Of a stretch of 64,000 bases of DNA, positions 40,204 to 51,248 are shown piece by piece (the stretch's first letter is position 1; each line of letters starts with the position of its first letter). The translations under genes were made by a program, and so were the position numbers. The notes under the pieces were generated by a model that saw only the letters and a program-made list of their open reading frames with translations, searched no databases and was not told where the DNA came from. This DNA is from Deltaproteobacteria bacterium (GTDB lineage Bacteria > Myxococcota > Kuafuiibacteriia > Kuafuiibacteriales > Kuafuiibacteriaceae), in contig JAVJQW010000012.1 in assembly GCA_040218735.1 (NCBI GenBank), positions 1-64,000 of the forward strand. Direction: 5' to 3'.

Positions 40204-40644
40204 ATGATGAAGAACATGCAGCGACGATGGATTACGCGCTTCCTGGGCCTAGCGGGTGTCGGAGCCCTCGCCTCCGCCTCGTTTGCCTGCACGCCGAAGA
40301 GCGACCTCGAAAAGGCCGCCGAGCTGATGGAGGACGTGCACGAGGACAGGACGGAGCGCGCCGCCGAGACCCAGGAGGACCTCAACGAGCTCCGCACCGC
40401 CGTCGTCTACGACGACCGCGAGGCCGAGCTGTTCAGCCTCGAGAAGCGCCTCGAAGCGATCGACGACCGCGCGGAGGCATCGAAGCTGAGCGAGGCCGAC
40501 GCCGCGCACTTCGAGCGGCTCGAAGACGAGACCGAAGACACCCTCGAAGCGCTGAGCGTTCGCGACGACGACTACGCGATCAAGGCCGCCTACGTCGCCG
40601 ACAACCTCGAGTTGCTCGAAGCGATCGTCGACCGCGCGTCCTGA
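40204..40644 (+). CDS. Acidic helical lipoprotein
   Basis: RR-containing signal RRWITRFLGLAGVGALASASFAC followed by an E/D-rich helical body. Confidence 0.7.
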   Translation: MMKNMQRRWITRFLGLAGVGALASASFACTPKSDLEKAAELMEDVHEDRTERAAETQEDLNELRTAVVYDDREAELFSLEKRLEAIDDRAEASKLSEADAAHFERLEDETEDTLEALSVRDDDYAIKAAYVADNLELLEAIVDRAS

Positions 40645-40653
40645 TTCAGCCGC

Positions 40654-41775
40654 TCAGGGCGGTCCGCACACCGCGCTGCCGTCGGCCAGGCGCACACACG
40701 TGAGGCCCGGCACCGACGCGCAGTCGGCGGCGCTCGCGCAGGGGATCGTGCAGAACGCGCCGCCGGTGCGCGCGTCGTGCAGGCACAGCCCGTTCGCGCA
40801 GCCCGACGCGCCGGCGCAGGCGTCGCCGAACTGACCGCCCACCGATCCGGCGGGCGCGCAGATCTGGACGACGCCGCCGGCGCCGTCGTCGACCGCCGCG
40901 CAGGTGTACCCGGTCGGGCACGGGATTTGGTCGCAGAACGTCGTGCACACGCCCGTCGCGGAGCCCGCGACGCCGACACACAGCGAGGTCTGGCAGTCCG
41001 CCGCACGTGTGCACGACGAGCCGAACCCGCCGCCCGTCCCCGGGATGCACACCGGCTCGGCGCCGCCCATCCCGTCGGGGAGCGGTTGGCAGACGAAGTT
41101 CGGCGGGCACGCCGGCAGCGGTGAGCAGCGCTCCGAGCAGAACGGATCGGCGCTCGGGCGCGCGATGCAGATCTCACCGGCGCAGTCGGATGCCCCGTTC
41201 GGGCAGATCGCCCCGGTCGGCAGGCCGGCGTTCACCGACGCGCAGAAGAAGCCGGCGCCCGGCACCTCCTCGCAGGTGTCCGGCCGAACGCAGTCGAGAT
41301 CTTGCGTGCAGGGGATCGTGCAGCGCCCGCTCATCGAGGCCGCATCGCCGACGCAGTACGTGGAAGCGCACTCCGATCCGCGCGCGCACGCGGCGCCGTA
41401 CGGCAGCCCCATCGGCGTCCCGCCGTCGACGGGGCTCACGCCGCCGTCGCGGGGCGCCGCCGACGGGCCACCGTCGCGCACTTGCACGGAGACCGCGGCG
41501 CACAGACCGTTCACGCAGGTCTGCGCCGGGCCGCAGTCCGTCACCCGCGCGCAAAGGCGCGTCGAAGGACCGGGGTCGATGCACAGGCTCTGCTGACAGA
41601 TCTGCGGCGTCGGACAGTCGCGATCCTCACGACACTCCGGGACACACGCCCCGTCGTCGCAGAGCTCGTTCGCGGGACAGTCGCTGTTCAGCCGACACTC
41701 GACCTCGACCGGGTCGGCGCACGCACCCACGAGCAGAAGCCAGACGAACCGCCGCACCCGGGGAGTTTGGACCAA
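40654..41775 (-). CDS. Cys-rich lipoprotein (myxobacterial Cys repeats)
   Basis: Lipobox LVGAC; C....DC....C...C and G..C....C....C repeats; RDGG linker. Confidence 0.8.
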   Translation of the reverse strand: MVQTPRVRRFVWLLLVGACADPVEVECRLNSDCPANELCDDGACVPECREDRDCPTPQICQQSLCIDPGPSTRLCARVTDCGPAQTCVNGLCAAVSVQVRDGGPSAAPRDGGVSPVDGGTPMGLPYGAACARGSECASTYCVGDAASMSGRCTIPCTQDLDCVRPDTCEEVPGAGFFCASVNAGLPTGAICPNGASDCAGEICIARPSADPFCSERCSPLPACPPNFVCQPLPDGMGGAEPVCIPGTGGGFGSSCTRAADCQTSLCVGVAGSATGVCTTFCDQIPCPTGYTCAAVDDGAGGVVQICAPAGSVGGQFGDACAGASGCANGLCLHDARTGGAFCTIPCASAADCASVPGLTCVRLADGSAVCGPP

Positions 41776-41778
41776 AAC

Positions 41779-42150
41779 TCAGTCGTCGTCGTCTTCGTCG
41801 ACATCCGCCGTATCGCGCTGAGCCGCGCGGGCCTCGGCGACTTCGAAGACGTCGATGGACTCCGTCTTCACCTGGTCGACCGCCTCGAGGATCTCCGACT
41901 TCGTAGGTCGCCGGAACTTCTCCAGCTTCTTGGACGCCTTGGAGTCGTCCCCGCGGTCCTCGTCCGTCATGTCGAGGGTCTTGTCCTGCGTGTCGTCGTC
42001 CCCGTCGAACGGCTCTTCGATGAGCGCCGTGGGGATCTCGGAGGGCTGCGTCGTGTCGCTGAGCGAGTTGGAGCGTCGAGGATGGGACATCGGTCGTCTG
42101 AGACTATCGGCCACCCGCGCCCGATTTGAAAACCCCGGCGATCCGATCAC
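41779..42150 (-). CDS. Small acidic hypothetical protein
   Basis: Fills the gap between two minus-strand genes; start uncertain (possibly 42090). Confidence 0.45.
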   Translation of the reverse strand: MIGSPGFSNRARVADSLRRPMSHPRRSNSLSDTTQPSEIPTALIEEPFDGDDDTQDKTLDMTDEDRGDDSKASKKLEKFRRPTKSEILEAVDQVKTESIDVFEVAEARAAQRDTADVDEDDDD

Positions 42151-43310
42151 ACGAGGTGGAGCACCGTGATCTCCGCGGGTGCACCCAACCGCATCGGAGG
42201 GCCCCAGAACCCCGTCCCGCGGCTCACGTAGATCTGCGTGGTCGGATCATGATGATACAGGCCCGCGACGTACGGCGTCGTGAACCGCACGAACGCGGAC
42301 GCCGGCCAGAGCTGACCGCCGTGGGTGTGCCCCGACAGCTGCAGCCCCGCGCCCGCCTCCTCGGCGTAGCCGATCGACCGCGGCTGGTGCGCGAGCAGGA
42401 CGAGCTCCCGATCCGGATCCCGCCCCGCGACGATGTCGCGGACGTTCGGGCCGTGCCCCGGCGCCATGCCGTGAGAACGCTGATCGTCGATCCCCGCGAG
42501 GTCGAACGAAGCCGCGTCGCCGATCGACACGCGCTCGTTCCGCAGCGTCCGGATCCCGATCCGCCGCAGCTCGGCGAGCCACGGCTCCACGCCCGAGTAG
42601 TACTCGTGGTTCCCGGTCACGAAGAACTTGCCGTAGCGCGACTCGATGCGACCGAGCGGCGCCGTGTGGCGCGACAGCTCGCGCACGGATCCGTCGACGA
42701 GGTCGCCGGTGATCACGACGAGGTCCGGCTTCTCGGCGTTCACCTTGTCGACGATCGTCTTCATGAACTTCTCGCCGATCAGCGGTCCGACGTGGACGTC
42801 CGAGAGCTGCACGATCTTGAGCCCCGACAACGCCGGCGGCAGGCGCGACAGCTTCACCTCGAGCTCGCGCCGGTCGACGTCGCCGAGCGCGCTGCGCCCC
42901 GCCGGCACCGCGACGGCGCTCGTGAGCGCACCGGCGGTCACCGCAGCCCCCCGCGCGAGCAGCTCCCGCCGCCCCGCGAGGAGGTCCGTGCCGGTCGCCG
43001 CTTCCACGCCGAAGTTGAGGAGCTTCAGCAGATCCGCAGAGACGAGCACCAACCCGAGGTAGAGCAGCGACCCCATCCACGCGAAGCCGATCCCCGCGAG
43101 GAACCCACCGATCGTCCGCGGGACGAAGCGCGGCGCGATGGCGCCGGTCACGAGCAGCACCGCCATCAGCGCGACGAACATCAGCCCGAAGCGCTTGGCC
43201 TGCTCCGGCCAGTTCGGGTCCGCGAAGAGCCGCCGGTACAGATAGATGTGGGTGAGGACCGTCAGGATCGTCATGACCCCGAAGAACAGGGCAAAGGTCG
43301 CCGTACGCAC
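42147..43310 (-). CDS. Membrane metallophosphoesterase (YkuE-like)
   Basis: N-terminal TMs; SDVHVG, ITGDLVDG, VTGNHEYY, LAHQP, LSGHTHGGQ. Confidence 0.93.
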   Translation of the reverse strand: MRTATFALFFGVMTILTVLTHIYLYRRLFADPNWPEQAKRFGLMFVALMAVLLVTGAIAPRFVPRTIGGFLAGIGFAWMGSLLYLGLVLVSADLLKLLNFGVEAATGTDLLAGRRELLARGAAVTAGALTSAVAVPAGRSALGDVDRRELEVKLSRLPPALSGLKIVQLSDVHVGPLIGEKFMKTIVDKVNAEKPDLVVITGDLVDGSVRELSRHTAPLGRIESRYGKFFVTGNHEYYSGVEPWLAELRRIGIRTLRNERVSIGDAASFDLAGIDDQRSHGMAPGHGPNVRDIVAGRDPDRELVLLAHQPRSIGYAEEAGAGLQLSGHTHGGQLWPASAFVRFTTPYVAGLYHHDPTTQIYVSRGTGFWGPPMRLGAPAEITVLHLV

Positions 43311-43378
43311 CGATGTGAAGGTTACCAGCCGGGTCGAGGCTCTTTCGTTGTTTTGTGTTAATTCGTCCGGCGAATGCC

Positions 43379-45601
43379 ATGAAGATCGCGAGCATCGGCG
43401 GGGGTCCCGCGGGCCTTTACTTCTCGATCCTGATGAAGCGGCGTGATCCGTCCCACGAGGTCGTCGTCTTCGAGCGCAACCGCCGCGACGACACCTTCGG
43501 CTTCGGCGTCGTCTTCTCCGACGCGACGATGGGCAACCTCGAAGCCGCCGACCCCGAGTCCTACCGCGCGATCACCGACAGCTTCGAGCACTGGGACGAC
43601 ATCGACGTGCACATCGGCGGCGAGGTCTTCACCTCGACCGGGCACGGCTTCGCGGGGTGCTCGCGGCAGCGGCTCCTCGACATCCTCGCCGACCGGGCGA
43701 TCGAGCTCGGCGTCGACGTGCGCTTCGAGACCGACGTCACCGACTTCGACGCCTTCGGCGACTACGACCTCGTGCTCGCCGCCGACGGCGTGAACAGCGC
43801 GATACGCGATCACCACGCCGAGACGTTCGGCCCGCACGTGGACTGGCGCCCGAACCGCTTCGTCTGGCTCGGCACCACGTTCCCCTTCGACGCGTTCACC
43901 TTCTACTTCGAGGAGAACGAACACGGCCTCTTCCGCGTGCACGCGTACCGGTACGAGGAGGAGCGTTCGACGTTCATCGTCGAGTGCACCGAGGAGACCT
44001 GGAAGAAGGCCGGCCTCGACGCGATGTCCGAGGAGGACACGGCGGCGTACGTCGCGCAGGTGTTCGAGCGCCAGCTCGACGGGCACCCGCTGCTCCTGAA
44101 CCGCTCGATCTGGCGCTCGTTCCCGACCGTCTCCAATGACAAGTGGTACGCCGGCAACGTCGTGCTCATGGGCGACGCCGCGCACACCGCGCACTTTTCG
44201 ATCGGCTCCGGCACCAAGCTCGCGATGGAGGACGCCATCGCGCTCGCGGAGCAGCTCGATCGCCACCCCGCGGTGCCCGACGCCCTCGCCGCCTACGAGT
44301 CGGAGCGACGCGCGGGTGTGGAGAGCACGCAGCGCGCCGCGCAGGTCAGCCTGGAGTGGTTCGAGAACACCGAGCGGTACATGGATCTCGATCCGCTTCA
44401 GTTCACGTTCAGCCTCCTCACCCGCAGCATGCGCGTCACCCACGACAACCTGCGGGTGCGCGACGCCACGTTCGTGGATCGGGTCGACGCGTGGTTCGCG
44501 GCGTCGGCGGGCGTCGAGACGCGCCCCCCGATGTTCACGCCGTACCGGCTTCGGGATCTTCAGCTCGACAACCGCGTGGTCGTGTCGCCGATGTGTATGT
44601 ACTCGGCCGAGGACGGCACGGTCGACGACTGGCACCTCGTGCACCTCGGCAGCCGCGCGATGGGCGGCGCGGCGCTGGTGATCACCGAGATGACGGACGT
44701 CGCCGCGGACGGGCGCATCACCCCCGGGTGCGCGGGGATGTACCGTGAAGAGCACGTCGGTGCGTGGCGGCGCATCACGGACTTCGTGCACCGCACGCCC
44801 GCGAAGATCGGCATCCAGCTCGCGCACGCGGGCCGCAAGGGATCGACCAAGGTGATGTGGGAGGGGATCGACCAGCCCCTCGACGACGGCAACTGGCCGC
44901 TCCTCGCCGCGTCCGCCCTCCCCTGGGCGCCCGGCTCACAGACGCCGAAGGCGATGGACCGCACGGACATGGATCGCGTGAAAGCCGACTTCGTGCGCAG
45001 CACCGAGATGGCGGCCGAGGCGGGCTTCGATCTCATCGAGTTGCACGGCGCGCACGGGTACCTGCTCGCGACGTTCCTCTCCCCGCTGACCAACCAGCGC
45101 GAAGACGAGTACGGCGGATCGCTCGAGAACCGACTGCGCTACCCGCTGGAGATCCTCACCGCGATCCGCGTGGTGTGGCCCGACGACAAACCCATCTCCG
45201 TGCGCATCTCCGCCACGGACTGGACGCCCGGCGGGACGACCGCGGAGGACGCGGTGCAGATGGCGCGGGCGCTGGTGGCCGCGGGCGCGGACATCATCGA
45301 CGTGTCGACCGGACAGACCGTGCGCGGTGCGCGCCCGAGCTACGGGCGGCTCTACCAGACCCCCTTCGCGGAGCGGATCCGGTTGGAAACGGGCATCCCG
45401 GTCATGACGGTCGGGGGGATTTCGAGTTACGCCGACGTGAACAGCATCCTCGCGGCGGGGCGCGCGGATCTCTGTGTACTCGCGCGCGCGCATCTGTACG
45501 ATCCCTACTGGACACGGCACGCCGCGAACGAGCAGGGTTACGACCTCCCGTGGCCCGATCAGTATTCGCCGATGGCTCGGTACAACTTTCGTTTCAAATG
45601 A
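43379..45601 (+). CDS. Bifunctional anthraniloyl/salicylyl-CoA monooxygenase + OYE-like oxidoreductase
   Basis: [20 protein letters not shown] and [21 protein letters not shown], fused to an OYE domain ([24 protein letters not shown]). Confidence 0.93.
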   Translation: MKIASIGGGPAGLYFSILMKRRDPSHEVVVFERNRRDDTFGFGVVFSDATMGNLEAADPESYRAITDSFEHWDDIDVHIGGEVFTSTGHGFAGCSRQRLLDILADRAIELGVDVRFETDVTDFDAFGDYDLVLAADGVNSAIRDHHAETFGPHVDWRPNRFVWLGTTFPFDAFTFYFEENEHGLFRVHAYRYEEERSTFIVECTEETWKKAGLDAMSEEDTAAYVAQVFERQLDGHPLLLNRSIWRSFPTVSNDKWYAGNVVLMGDAAHTAHFSIGSGTKLAMEDAIALAEQLDRHPAVPDALAAYESERRAGVESTQRAAQVSLEWFENTERYMDLDPLQFTFSLLTRSMRVTHDNLRVRDATFVDRVDAWFAASAGVETRPPMFTPYRLRDLQLDNRVVVSPMCMYSAEDGTVDDWHLVHLGSRAMGGAALVITEMTDVAADGRITPGCAGMYREEHVGAWRRITDFVHRTPAKIGIQLAHAGRKGSTKVMWEGIDQPLDDGNWPLLAASALPWAPGSQTPKAMDRTDMDRVKADFVRSTEMAAEAGFDLIELHGAHGYLLATFLSPLTNQREDEYGGSLENRLRYPLEILTAIRVVWPDDKPISVRISATDWTPGGTTAEDAVQMARALVAAGADIIDVSTGQTVRGARPSYGRLYQTPFAERIRLETGIPVMTVGGISSYADVNSILAAGRADLCVLARAHLYDPYWTRHAANEQGYDLPWPDQYSPMARYNFRFK

Positions 45602-46392
45602 ATCCACTGAAGGTACTCATCGTCGCGTCCCTCGTCGGCGCCTGCGCGTCGTCCACGAGCACCGCGCCCGTGGACAGCGAAGGCGCGAGCTCGCAGCCGT
45701 TCTCGATCCCAAAGTCCCCCGCGTACGACCTCGCGCGGCGCGTGGCGTGGACCGCGGGCTTCGACCAGTCTCCGAAGGTGAAGCAGCTCGACTTCACGTT
45801 CGTCGTGGAGCGCGAGGGCAAGAAGGTCTTCGCCGCCCAGCACAAGTGGGACCGCGTCGCGAACCGCGCGCGCATCACGTGGACCGACAAGGAGGGCTCG
45901 GTGAACGACGCCGTGCTGGACGTCGGCTCGCGCACCGCGAAGGGCACCGTGAACGGCGAGAAGGTCGTCGGGGACCGCGAGCGGAAGCTCGCCGAGGACG
46001 CCTACGGGCGCTGGATCAACGACACCTACTGGTTCCTGCTCCCCATCAAGCTGTTCGACCGCGGTAGCCACCTCCAAATGGCCGAGTCGCGCGACCACGA
46101 CGGCAAGCCTCACCCCGTCCTGCACATCCGCTACGACGGCGGGACGGGCCTGACGTCCGGTGACGAGTACTGGCTCTTCGTCGACCCCGACGCGTTCCGC
46201 ATCGTACGCTGGGAGATGAAGCTCGAAGGCCGGGAGGGCCCGCCGCGTGGCGTGTCTTGGGAGTCGTACCGTCCGGTGGGGCCGCTGCTGCTCGCGCACG
46301 ACCACCGAAGCGACGACGGCACCACCAACGTGAAGATCGAGGACAGCGCTGCGCACCGCGAGGTGAAGGCGGCCGACTTCGTCCTCGAGTAG
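45598..46392 (+). CDS. Hypothetical beta-rich lipoprotein
   Basis: [16 protein letters not shown] lipobox; [15 protein letters not shown] motif; coupled to the upstream stop. Confidence 0.75.
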   Translation: MNPLKVLIVASLVGACASSTSTAPVDSEGASSQPFSIPKSPAYDLARRVAWTAGFDQSPKVKQLDFTFVVEREGKKVFAAQHKWDRVANRARITWTDKEGSVNDAVLDVGSRTAKGTVNGEKVVGDRERKLAEDAYGRWINDTYWFLLPIKLFDRGSHLQMAESRDHDGKPHPVLHIRYDGGTGLTSGDEYWLFVDPDAFRIVRWEMKLEGREGPPRGVSWESYRPVGPLLLAHDHRSDDGTTNVKIEDSAAHREVKAADFVLE

Positions 46393-46404
46393 GGCCCATC
46401 GACC

Positions 46405-47241
46405 ATGAAGACAGTCAGCACCAACCGCATCTTCGGCGGCACGCAGGGCGTGTACGAGCACGAGTCCACGTCGACGAACACCCCCATGCGCTTCTCGGTC
46501 TACGTGCCGGACGCGGCGCGGGATCATCGGCTACCGGTCGTAATGTTCCTCTCCGGGCTCACGTGCACCGAGCAGAACTTCACGACGAAGGCGGGCGCGC
46601 AACGTGCCGCGTCGAAGCACGGCCTCATCCTCGTCGCGCCGGACACGAGCCCGCGCGGCGAAGGCGTCGCGGACGACGACGCCTACGACCTCGGTCAGGG
46701 CGCCGGCTTCTACGTGAACGCGACCGAGGCGCCGTGGGCGACGCACTATTCGATGTACGACTACGTGACTTCGGAGCTGATCGACCTCGTGCGCGATCAC
46801 TTCGCGGCGGACGTGGATCGACTCGGGGTCACGGGTCACTCGATGGGCGGTCACGGTGCGCTGATCGTCGCGCTGAAGAACCCGGATCGCTTCAAGTCGG
46901 TCTCCGCGTTTGCGCCGATCTGTCACCCGACGGCGGTGCCGTGGGGGAAGAAGGCCTTCTCGGCGTACCTCGGCGCGGACACGTCCAAGTGGGGCGCGTA
47001 CGACGCGTGCGCGCTGATCGAGGGGGGCGCGAAGACGTCGAAGATCCTCGTGGACCAGGGCGAGGCCGACAACTTCCTCGAGGCCGGTCAGCTCCAGCCG
47101 CAGGACCTCGAGGCCGCGTGTGCGGCGGCCGGCCAGCCGCTCGAGCTGCGCCGCCAGGCCGGGTACGACCACAGCTACTACTTCATCGCGTCGTTCGTGG
47201 ACGACCACCTCGCGCACCACGCCGCCATTCTCGGCGCGTGA
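46405..47241 (+). CDS. fghA: S-formylglutathione hydrolase
   Basis: LSGLTCTEQNF, PDTSPRG, GAGFYVNAT, GHSMGGHGAL, GYDHSYYF. Confidence 0.95.
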   Translation: MKTVSTNRIFGGTQGVYEHESTSTNTPMRFSVYVPDAARDHRLPVVMFLSGLTCTEQNFTTKAGAQRAASKHGLILVAPDTSPRGEGVADDDAYDLGQGAGFYVNATEAPWATHYSMYDYVTSELIDLVRDHFAADVDRLGVTGHSMGGHGALIVALKNPDRFKSVSAFAPICHPTAVPWGKKAFSAYLGADTSKWGAYDACALIEGGAKTSKILVDQGEADNFLEAGQLQPQDLEAACAAAGQPLELRRQAGYDHSYYFIASFVDDHLAHHAAILGA

Positions 47242-47279
47242 CTTTCGCCTGGGCTCGGCCTCGCATAGCATCCGGCGCG

Positions 47280-48542
47280 ATGCGGCGGCTCGCATGGACG
47301 GTGCTCGCGTTTGCGTTCGCGACGACGCCGGCGCACGCGCAGGAGGTCTTGCCCTCGAAGATCGCCCTGGCGAGTGATCAGCCGCTGGCCTTCATCCTGT
47401 TCAACCCGAGCGGTGAGGCGGGCCGCGTCCGTAGCTCGGAGATCATCCGTATCGTCTCGGAGCTGGTCGAGGCGCACACGGACTTCACGGTGCGGGTGTT
47501 CGACGCCGACGAAGCGCGCGGTTGCTCGGGCCGGCTCGGGTGCATCGTGCGCACGGTGCGTCGCGACTACGAGCGCGACGACTACGTTCTGCCGAACGGG
47601 ACGGTCCGGCCCTTCGCCGAACACGTCGCGAAGCTCGACCGCGAGAAGGTGGCGGCCCCGCCCTACCTCATCGTCATGTCGAACATCACGGGCGGTGACA
47701 GCGACCGCATGACGATCACCGCGGTCGACACCAACGTCACGCTGACGCTGTACCACGAGGCGCTCCGCGACGATCCGAACTGGCAGCGGAACGTCGAGAA
47801 CGAAGTCCTCGCGCGGGCCGTCCTCGCGCGGCCGAAGCGCGGCACGGTGCGCGAGGAGTTCGAGGCGCGCCGCCTGTTCGAGGAGTACTTCAACAACGAC
47901 CTGCGGCGCCGCTTCGACGAGGCCGGGCACTGGGAGCCCTTCGGCCAGATCGAGATCGACGTCCCCGAGACCGGGATAGCGATCGACGTGGACGGCGTGA
48001 CGGTCGGAGCGACGCAAGCTGGGTTGACGACCCTCACGAACGTGGTCGCGGGCGAGCACACGATCAAGCTGACCCACCCCGGGTACGAGCCGTTCACGAC
48101 GAAGGTCGTGGCCAAGCGTCGCGACATCGTCCGGCTGAAGCCGCAGCTCTCGGCCGTGGCCTCGGGTGCGGCGCCCGCGTTGCGACAAGCGACGCTGTGG
48201 GGCGGGCTCGGCGTGGCGGCGATCGGCGCGGCGATCACGGTAGTCGCGATCGCCGGTCAGAACGACGACGTCATGACGCTCTGCTTCGACGGTGAGGACT
48301 GCGGCGGGAGCGACTTCACCACGTTCGGCTTCGACGGCGGCGCGACGCCCGCGCTCGACGGCTCGGTGAACCCACCCGGCATCTTGGTCGCGCCGCTCGG
48401 GTACAGCCTCGCGCTGACGGGTGCGACGTGGTCGTTGACGACGCTCTTGTTCGGCGAAGACGGCGACTACCCGTGGTTGCAGATCGCAGCGGGACTCGTG
48501 GTGGGCGGCGCGGCGTACGGCTTGTCGGCCGCGCTGGACTGA
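47280..48542 (+). CDS. PEGA-domain protein
   Basis: Signal peptide MRRLAWTVLAFAFATTPAHA; I.VDG..VG.T....V.AGEH.IKL..PGYEPF; hydrophobic C-terminal segments. Confidence 0.8.
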   Translation: MRRLAWTVLAFAFATTPAHAQEVLPSKIALASDQPLAFILFNPSGEAGRVRSSEIIRIVSELVEAHTDFTVRVFDADEARGCSGRLGCIVRTVRRDYERDDYVLPNGTVRPFAEHVAKLDREKVAAPPYLIVMSNITGGDSDRMTITAVDTNVTLTLYHEALRDDPNWQRNVENEVLARAVLARPKRGTVREEFEARRLFEEYFNNDLRRRFDEAGHWEPFGQIEIDVPETGIAIDVDGVTVGATQAGLTTLTNVVAGEHTIKLTHPGYEPFTTKVVAKRRDIVRLKPQLSAVASGAAPALRQATLWGGLGVAAIGAAITVVAIAGQNDDVMTLCFDGEDCGGSDFTTFGFDGGATPALDGSVNPPGILVAPLGYSLALTGATWSLTTLLFGEDGDYPWLQIAAGLVVGGAAYGLSAALD

Positions 48543-49252
48543 TGCGCTTCCCGCTGTTCGCCGACGCCAGCGAGGCGTCGATGGCCGGGCTGAGGGCGGG
48601 CGCTTCGACGCACCGATTCTCTGCGGGTGCGCGCGTCATCGCCGAAGGTGACGAGAGCGACGCGGTGTACCTGCTCGAGTCCGGGCGGGTCGGGGTCTTC
48701 TACAGCAGCGAGCGCGGCGTCGACGTGTTGGTGAAGGTGTTCTCGGCGCCCGCGGTGTTCGGCGAGATGGAGATCTTCTTCGACCTCCCCCGCCTGGAGT
48801 ACGTGGAGGCGTTCGACGACGTGACCGTCACGCGCATCGCGAAGGCGACCTTCTTGGCGTTCCTCGAAGCCGAGCACGCGGTGTGCCTCGCCCTCCTGAA
48901 GGACGTCGCCGCGCGCCTGTGTATCTCGGCGTACAACGAGCGCGCCTTGGTGTTCCTCGCGGTGGAGCAGCGCCTCGCCGCGCTGATGCTGACGTTCGCG
49001 GACGCGTACGGCGTCGCCGATGGGGATGGCGTGGTGCTCGACACCAAGCTGACCTACGAGCGGCTCGCGCAGTGCCTGGGCGTCGCCGAGAAGTCCGTGG
49101 AGCGGACGATCGGGAAGTGGATCGACGAGGGCTGGCTGACGCGCGAGAAGAAGCGCTACCGCATCGCGCAGCTGTCACAGCTCGAGGCGAGAACCGACCC
49201 GGAGCGCTTGTCGCTGCACGCCCGGCTGGGGAAGGGCCCCGCCTCGCGTTGA
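48542..49252 (+). CDS. Crp/Fnr-family regulator
   Basis: cNMP domain (EGD..D.VY.L.SG.V, FGEM, PR); VEQRLA and LTYERLAQCLGV.EKSVER HTH. Confidence 0.92.
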   Translation: MRFPLFADASEASMAGLRAGASTHRFSAGARVIAEGDESDAVYLLESGRVGVFYSSERGVDVLVKVFSAPAVFGEMEIFFDLPRLEYVEAFDDVTVTRIAKATFLAFLEAEHAVCLALLKDVAARLCISAYNERALVFLAVEQRLAALMLTFADAYGVADGDGVVLDTKLTYERLAQCLGVAEKSVERTIGKWIDEGWLTREKKRYRIAQLSQLEARTDPERLSLHARLGKGPASR

Positions 49253-49341
49253 TGGTCCACGCCGGAGCCCGGGCGCCGCCTCGGCTTCGTCATGGGCTTC
49301 GCGACACCTGGCTCACATCCGTCATTCGTCCTTCGTGCAGG

Positions 49342-49355
49342 ACGACATATGTCGT
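49342..49355. promoter_or_regulatory. Perfect palindrome ACGACATATGTCGT, candidate regulator site
   Basis: 14-bp palindrome about 70 bp upstream of the 49427 start; near-copy at 52414-52427. Confidence 0.55.
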
Positions 49356-49426
49356 GTCGCGCTCGCGTGCCTCTGGCGTCCCATCCCACCGTCGCAATCA
49401 CGCGACGGAAGGGATCACGAACACAA

Positions 49427-50509
49427 ATGTCCAAGTCACGCTCAGTAGCCTCCATGACCCTCGCCCTCGCCCTCACCGCCTGCGGCGGGGGCTCCGACGG
49501 CCCGACCCAACGCGACCCGATCATCCCCTGCGGCGCCGATAGCTGCGGCAAGGAGTCGTTCCGTCGCGCCGTGCCCAGCGCGTCCACGCTGAAGATCGAA
49601 TTCCAGGGCACCTCGGGCTCCGGCCTGAAGGCCCGCTCGAGCCGCGCGCTCGAAGCCGTCTCGCCCGCCTACCTCTCCACGGCCGCCTACGTGGACGCGA
49701 TCAACGCGGACATCACGGCCATCTTCGACGACCTCGAAGCGATCGCCGGCACCGCGCCCGAGGTCGAGGACGACGCGATGCACGAGTGGCGCGAGGAGGA
49801 AGGCGCGCTCGAAGAGGTCCTCCACATCGACTCCGACGACGGCAGCACGTTCTCGCTGATGTACGGCGTCGGCGAGCCGGGCTTCGAGCTGTCCGCGGAC
49901 GCCGCCCTCCTCACCGCCCAGGTGCAGCTCGACGCGGACGGCGAGAAGGCGAGCTTCACGATCGACATCGACCTCGACGCGTGGACGGCCGCCGTCCCCG
50001 AGGCCGACGCCGAGGGCCGGATCCACATCCGCGCGATGCCGCTCGCGGGCGGTGAGCTCGAGGTTTGGTACGACTTCCAGGACGTCGCGGTCGGCGGTGA
50101 CGCGCCCGCGAGCTCGCAGACGACCTACTGGATCTTCGAGGGTGCGTCCGGCGCGCTCGAGTTCTTGGCGGCGGACGACGACGGCTCCGCCACGGCGTTC
50201 GTGCGATGGGCCGAGGACGGCGGGCGCTACGATCACCACGTCGCGTTCGACGATCCCGAGTTCGGCACGGTCGACGAGATCGTGACCAACTGCTGGGACG
50301 ACAGCGCCGCCGAGACCTTCGACGCCTCCGCGGTGCTCGACGACCAGGGCGCCTTCGAGGCCGACCTCGACGGCGAAGAGGAAAGCTGCCTCTTCGGACC
50401 GGTCGCGGACCACCCGAACCCGGGCAGCGACTTCGAGGACCTCCCCGGCGAAGGGGAGTGGCAAGCGCTCGAGGACGAAGCGTGCGCCGCCGACCCGGAT
50501 CAGTGCTGA
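49427..50509 (+). CDS. Very acidic lipoprotein of unknown function
   Basis: MSKSRSVASMTLALALTAC lipobox; D/E-rich beta-type sequence. Confidence 0.8.
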   Translation: MSKSRSVASMTLALALTACGGGSDGPTQRDPIIPCGADSCGKESFRRAVPSASTLKIEFQGTSGSGLKARSSRALEAVSPAYLSTAAYVDAINADITAIFDDLEAIAGTAPEVEDDAMHEWREEEGALEEVLHIDSDDGSTFSLMYGVGEPGFELSADAALLTAQVQLDADGEKASFTIDIDLDAWTAAVPEADAEGRIHIRAMPLAGGELEVWYDFQDVAVGGDAPASSQTTYWIFEGASGALEFLAADDDGSATAFVRWAEDGGRYDHHVAFDDPEFGTVDEIVTNCWDDSAAETFDASAVLDDQGAFEADLDGEEESCLFGPVADHPNPGSDFEDLPGEGEWQALEDEACAADPDQC

Positions 50510-50510
50510 G

Positions 50511-51248
50511 TCAGGTCGAAGACTGAGGGCAGTCGTGCGCGCCCTTGGGCGTCTCGTTGTGGTTGTACGTCCGCGCGGTCTTCTCGAACGGGTTGCCGCA
50601 GCCTCCGGACGTCATCGACATCGCGGCGCCCTGGGCGTGGCCCCACGACATGCCGACGATCAGATAGGTCAGGTAGAAGCCGATCTCGTGAAAGGCCATG
50701 ACCTGCCGGCTGTGGAACGCCTCGTGCTGCGCGAGGTCGTCCTTGGCGCGGCCGCTCTCCTCGAAGCAGCCGCCCTTCGCCCACACCACGCCGCCGAGCG
50801 TGATCGCCGCCTGGCTCTTGCTCCCGATGTTCAGGAGCACCACGCCGCGCCGGAACGACACGTCGTTTGCGATGGCCACGACGATCGACGCGAGCATGCC
50901 GATCGTCGTGGTCAGCGGTGACTGCGTCCACTTCAGGAGAAGCGAGAACACCGAGGCCGCGTAGTGATCCGCGAGGTCCAACACCCGCGTGAGGAGCGCC
51001 CCGACGATCGACAAACCTGCGTACACGCCGAGCCCGTACACCACGATCTCGGGCGTCTTCTCGGACACCGCGATCCCGTACAGGATCCCCGTCACCGCCA
51101 TCGCCCCGACCTCCGCGGCGATCAAGTTGCAGAGCCACTCGTCCCAGGTCTTCGACTGGTTTGCGCCCGAGAACGCGAGCGACGCCATCAACCCGACGAG
51201 CGCCGCCCACAGGAACGTGTACTCGTAGATGAGCTGGATCTTCGTCAT
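50511..51248 (-). CDS. Membrane protein with HExxH zinc-metallopeptidase-like motif
   Basis: 4-5 TM segments then AITLGGV...QHEAFHSRQ...GFYLTY...NPFEK; ATG overlaps the upstream stop. Confidence 0.65.
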   Translation of the reverse strand: MTKIQLIYEYTFLWAALVGLMASLAFSGANQSKTWDEWLCNLIAAEVGAMAVTGILYGIAVSEKTPEIVVYGLGVYAGLSIVGALLTRVLDLADHYAASVFSLLLKWTQSPLTTTIGMLASIVVAIANDVSFRRGVVLLNIGSKSQAAITLGGVVWAKGGCFEESGRAKDDLAQHEAFHSRQVMAFHEIGFYLTYLIVGMSWGHAQGAAMSMTSGGCGNPFEKTARTYNHNETPKGAHDCPQSST

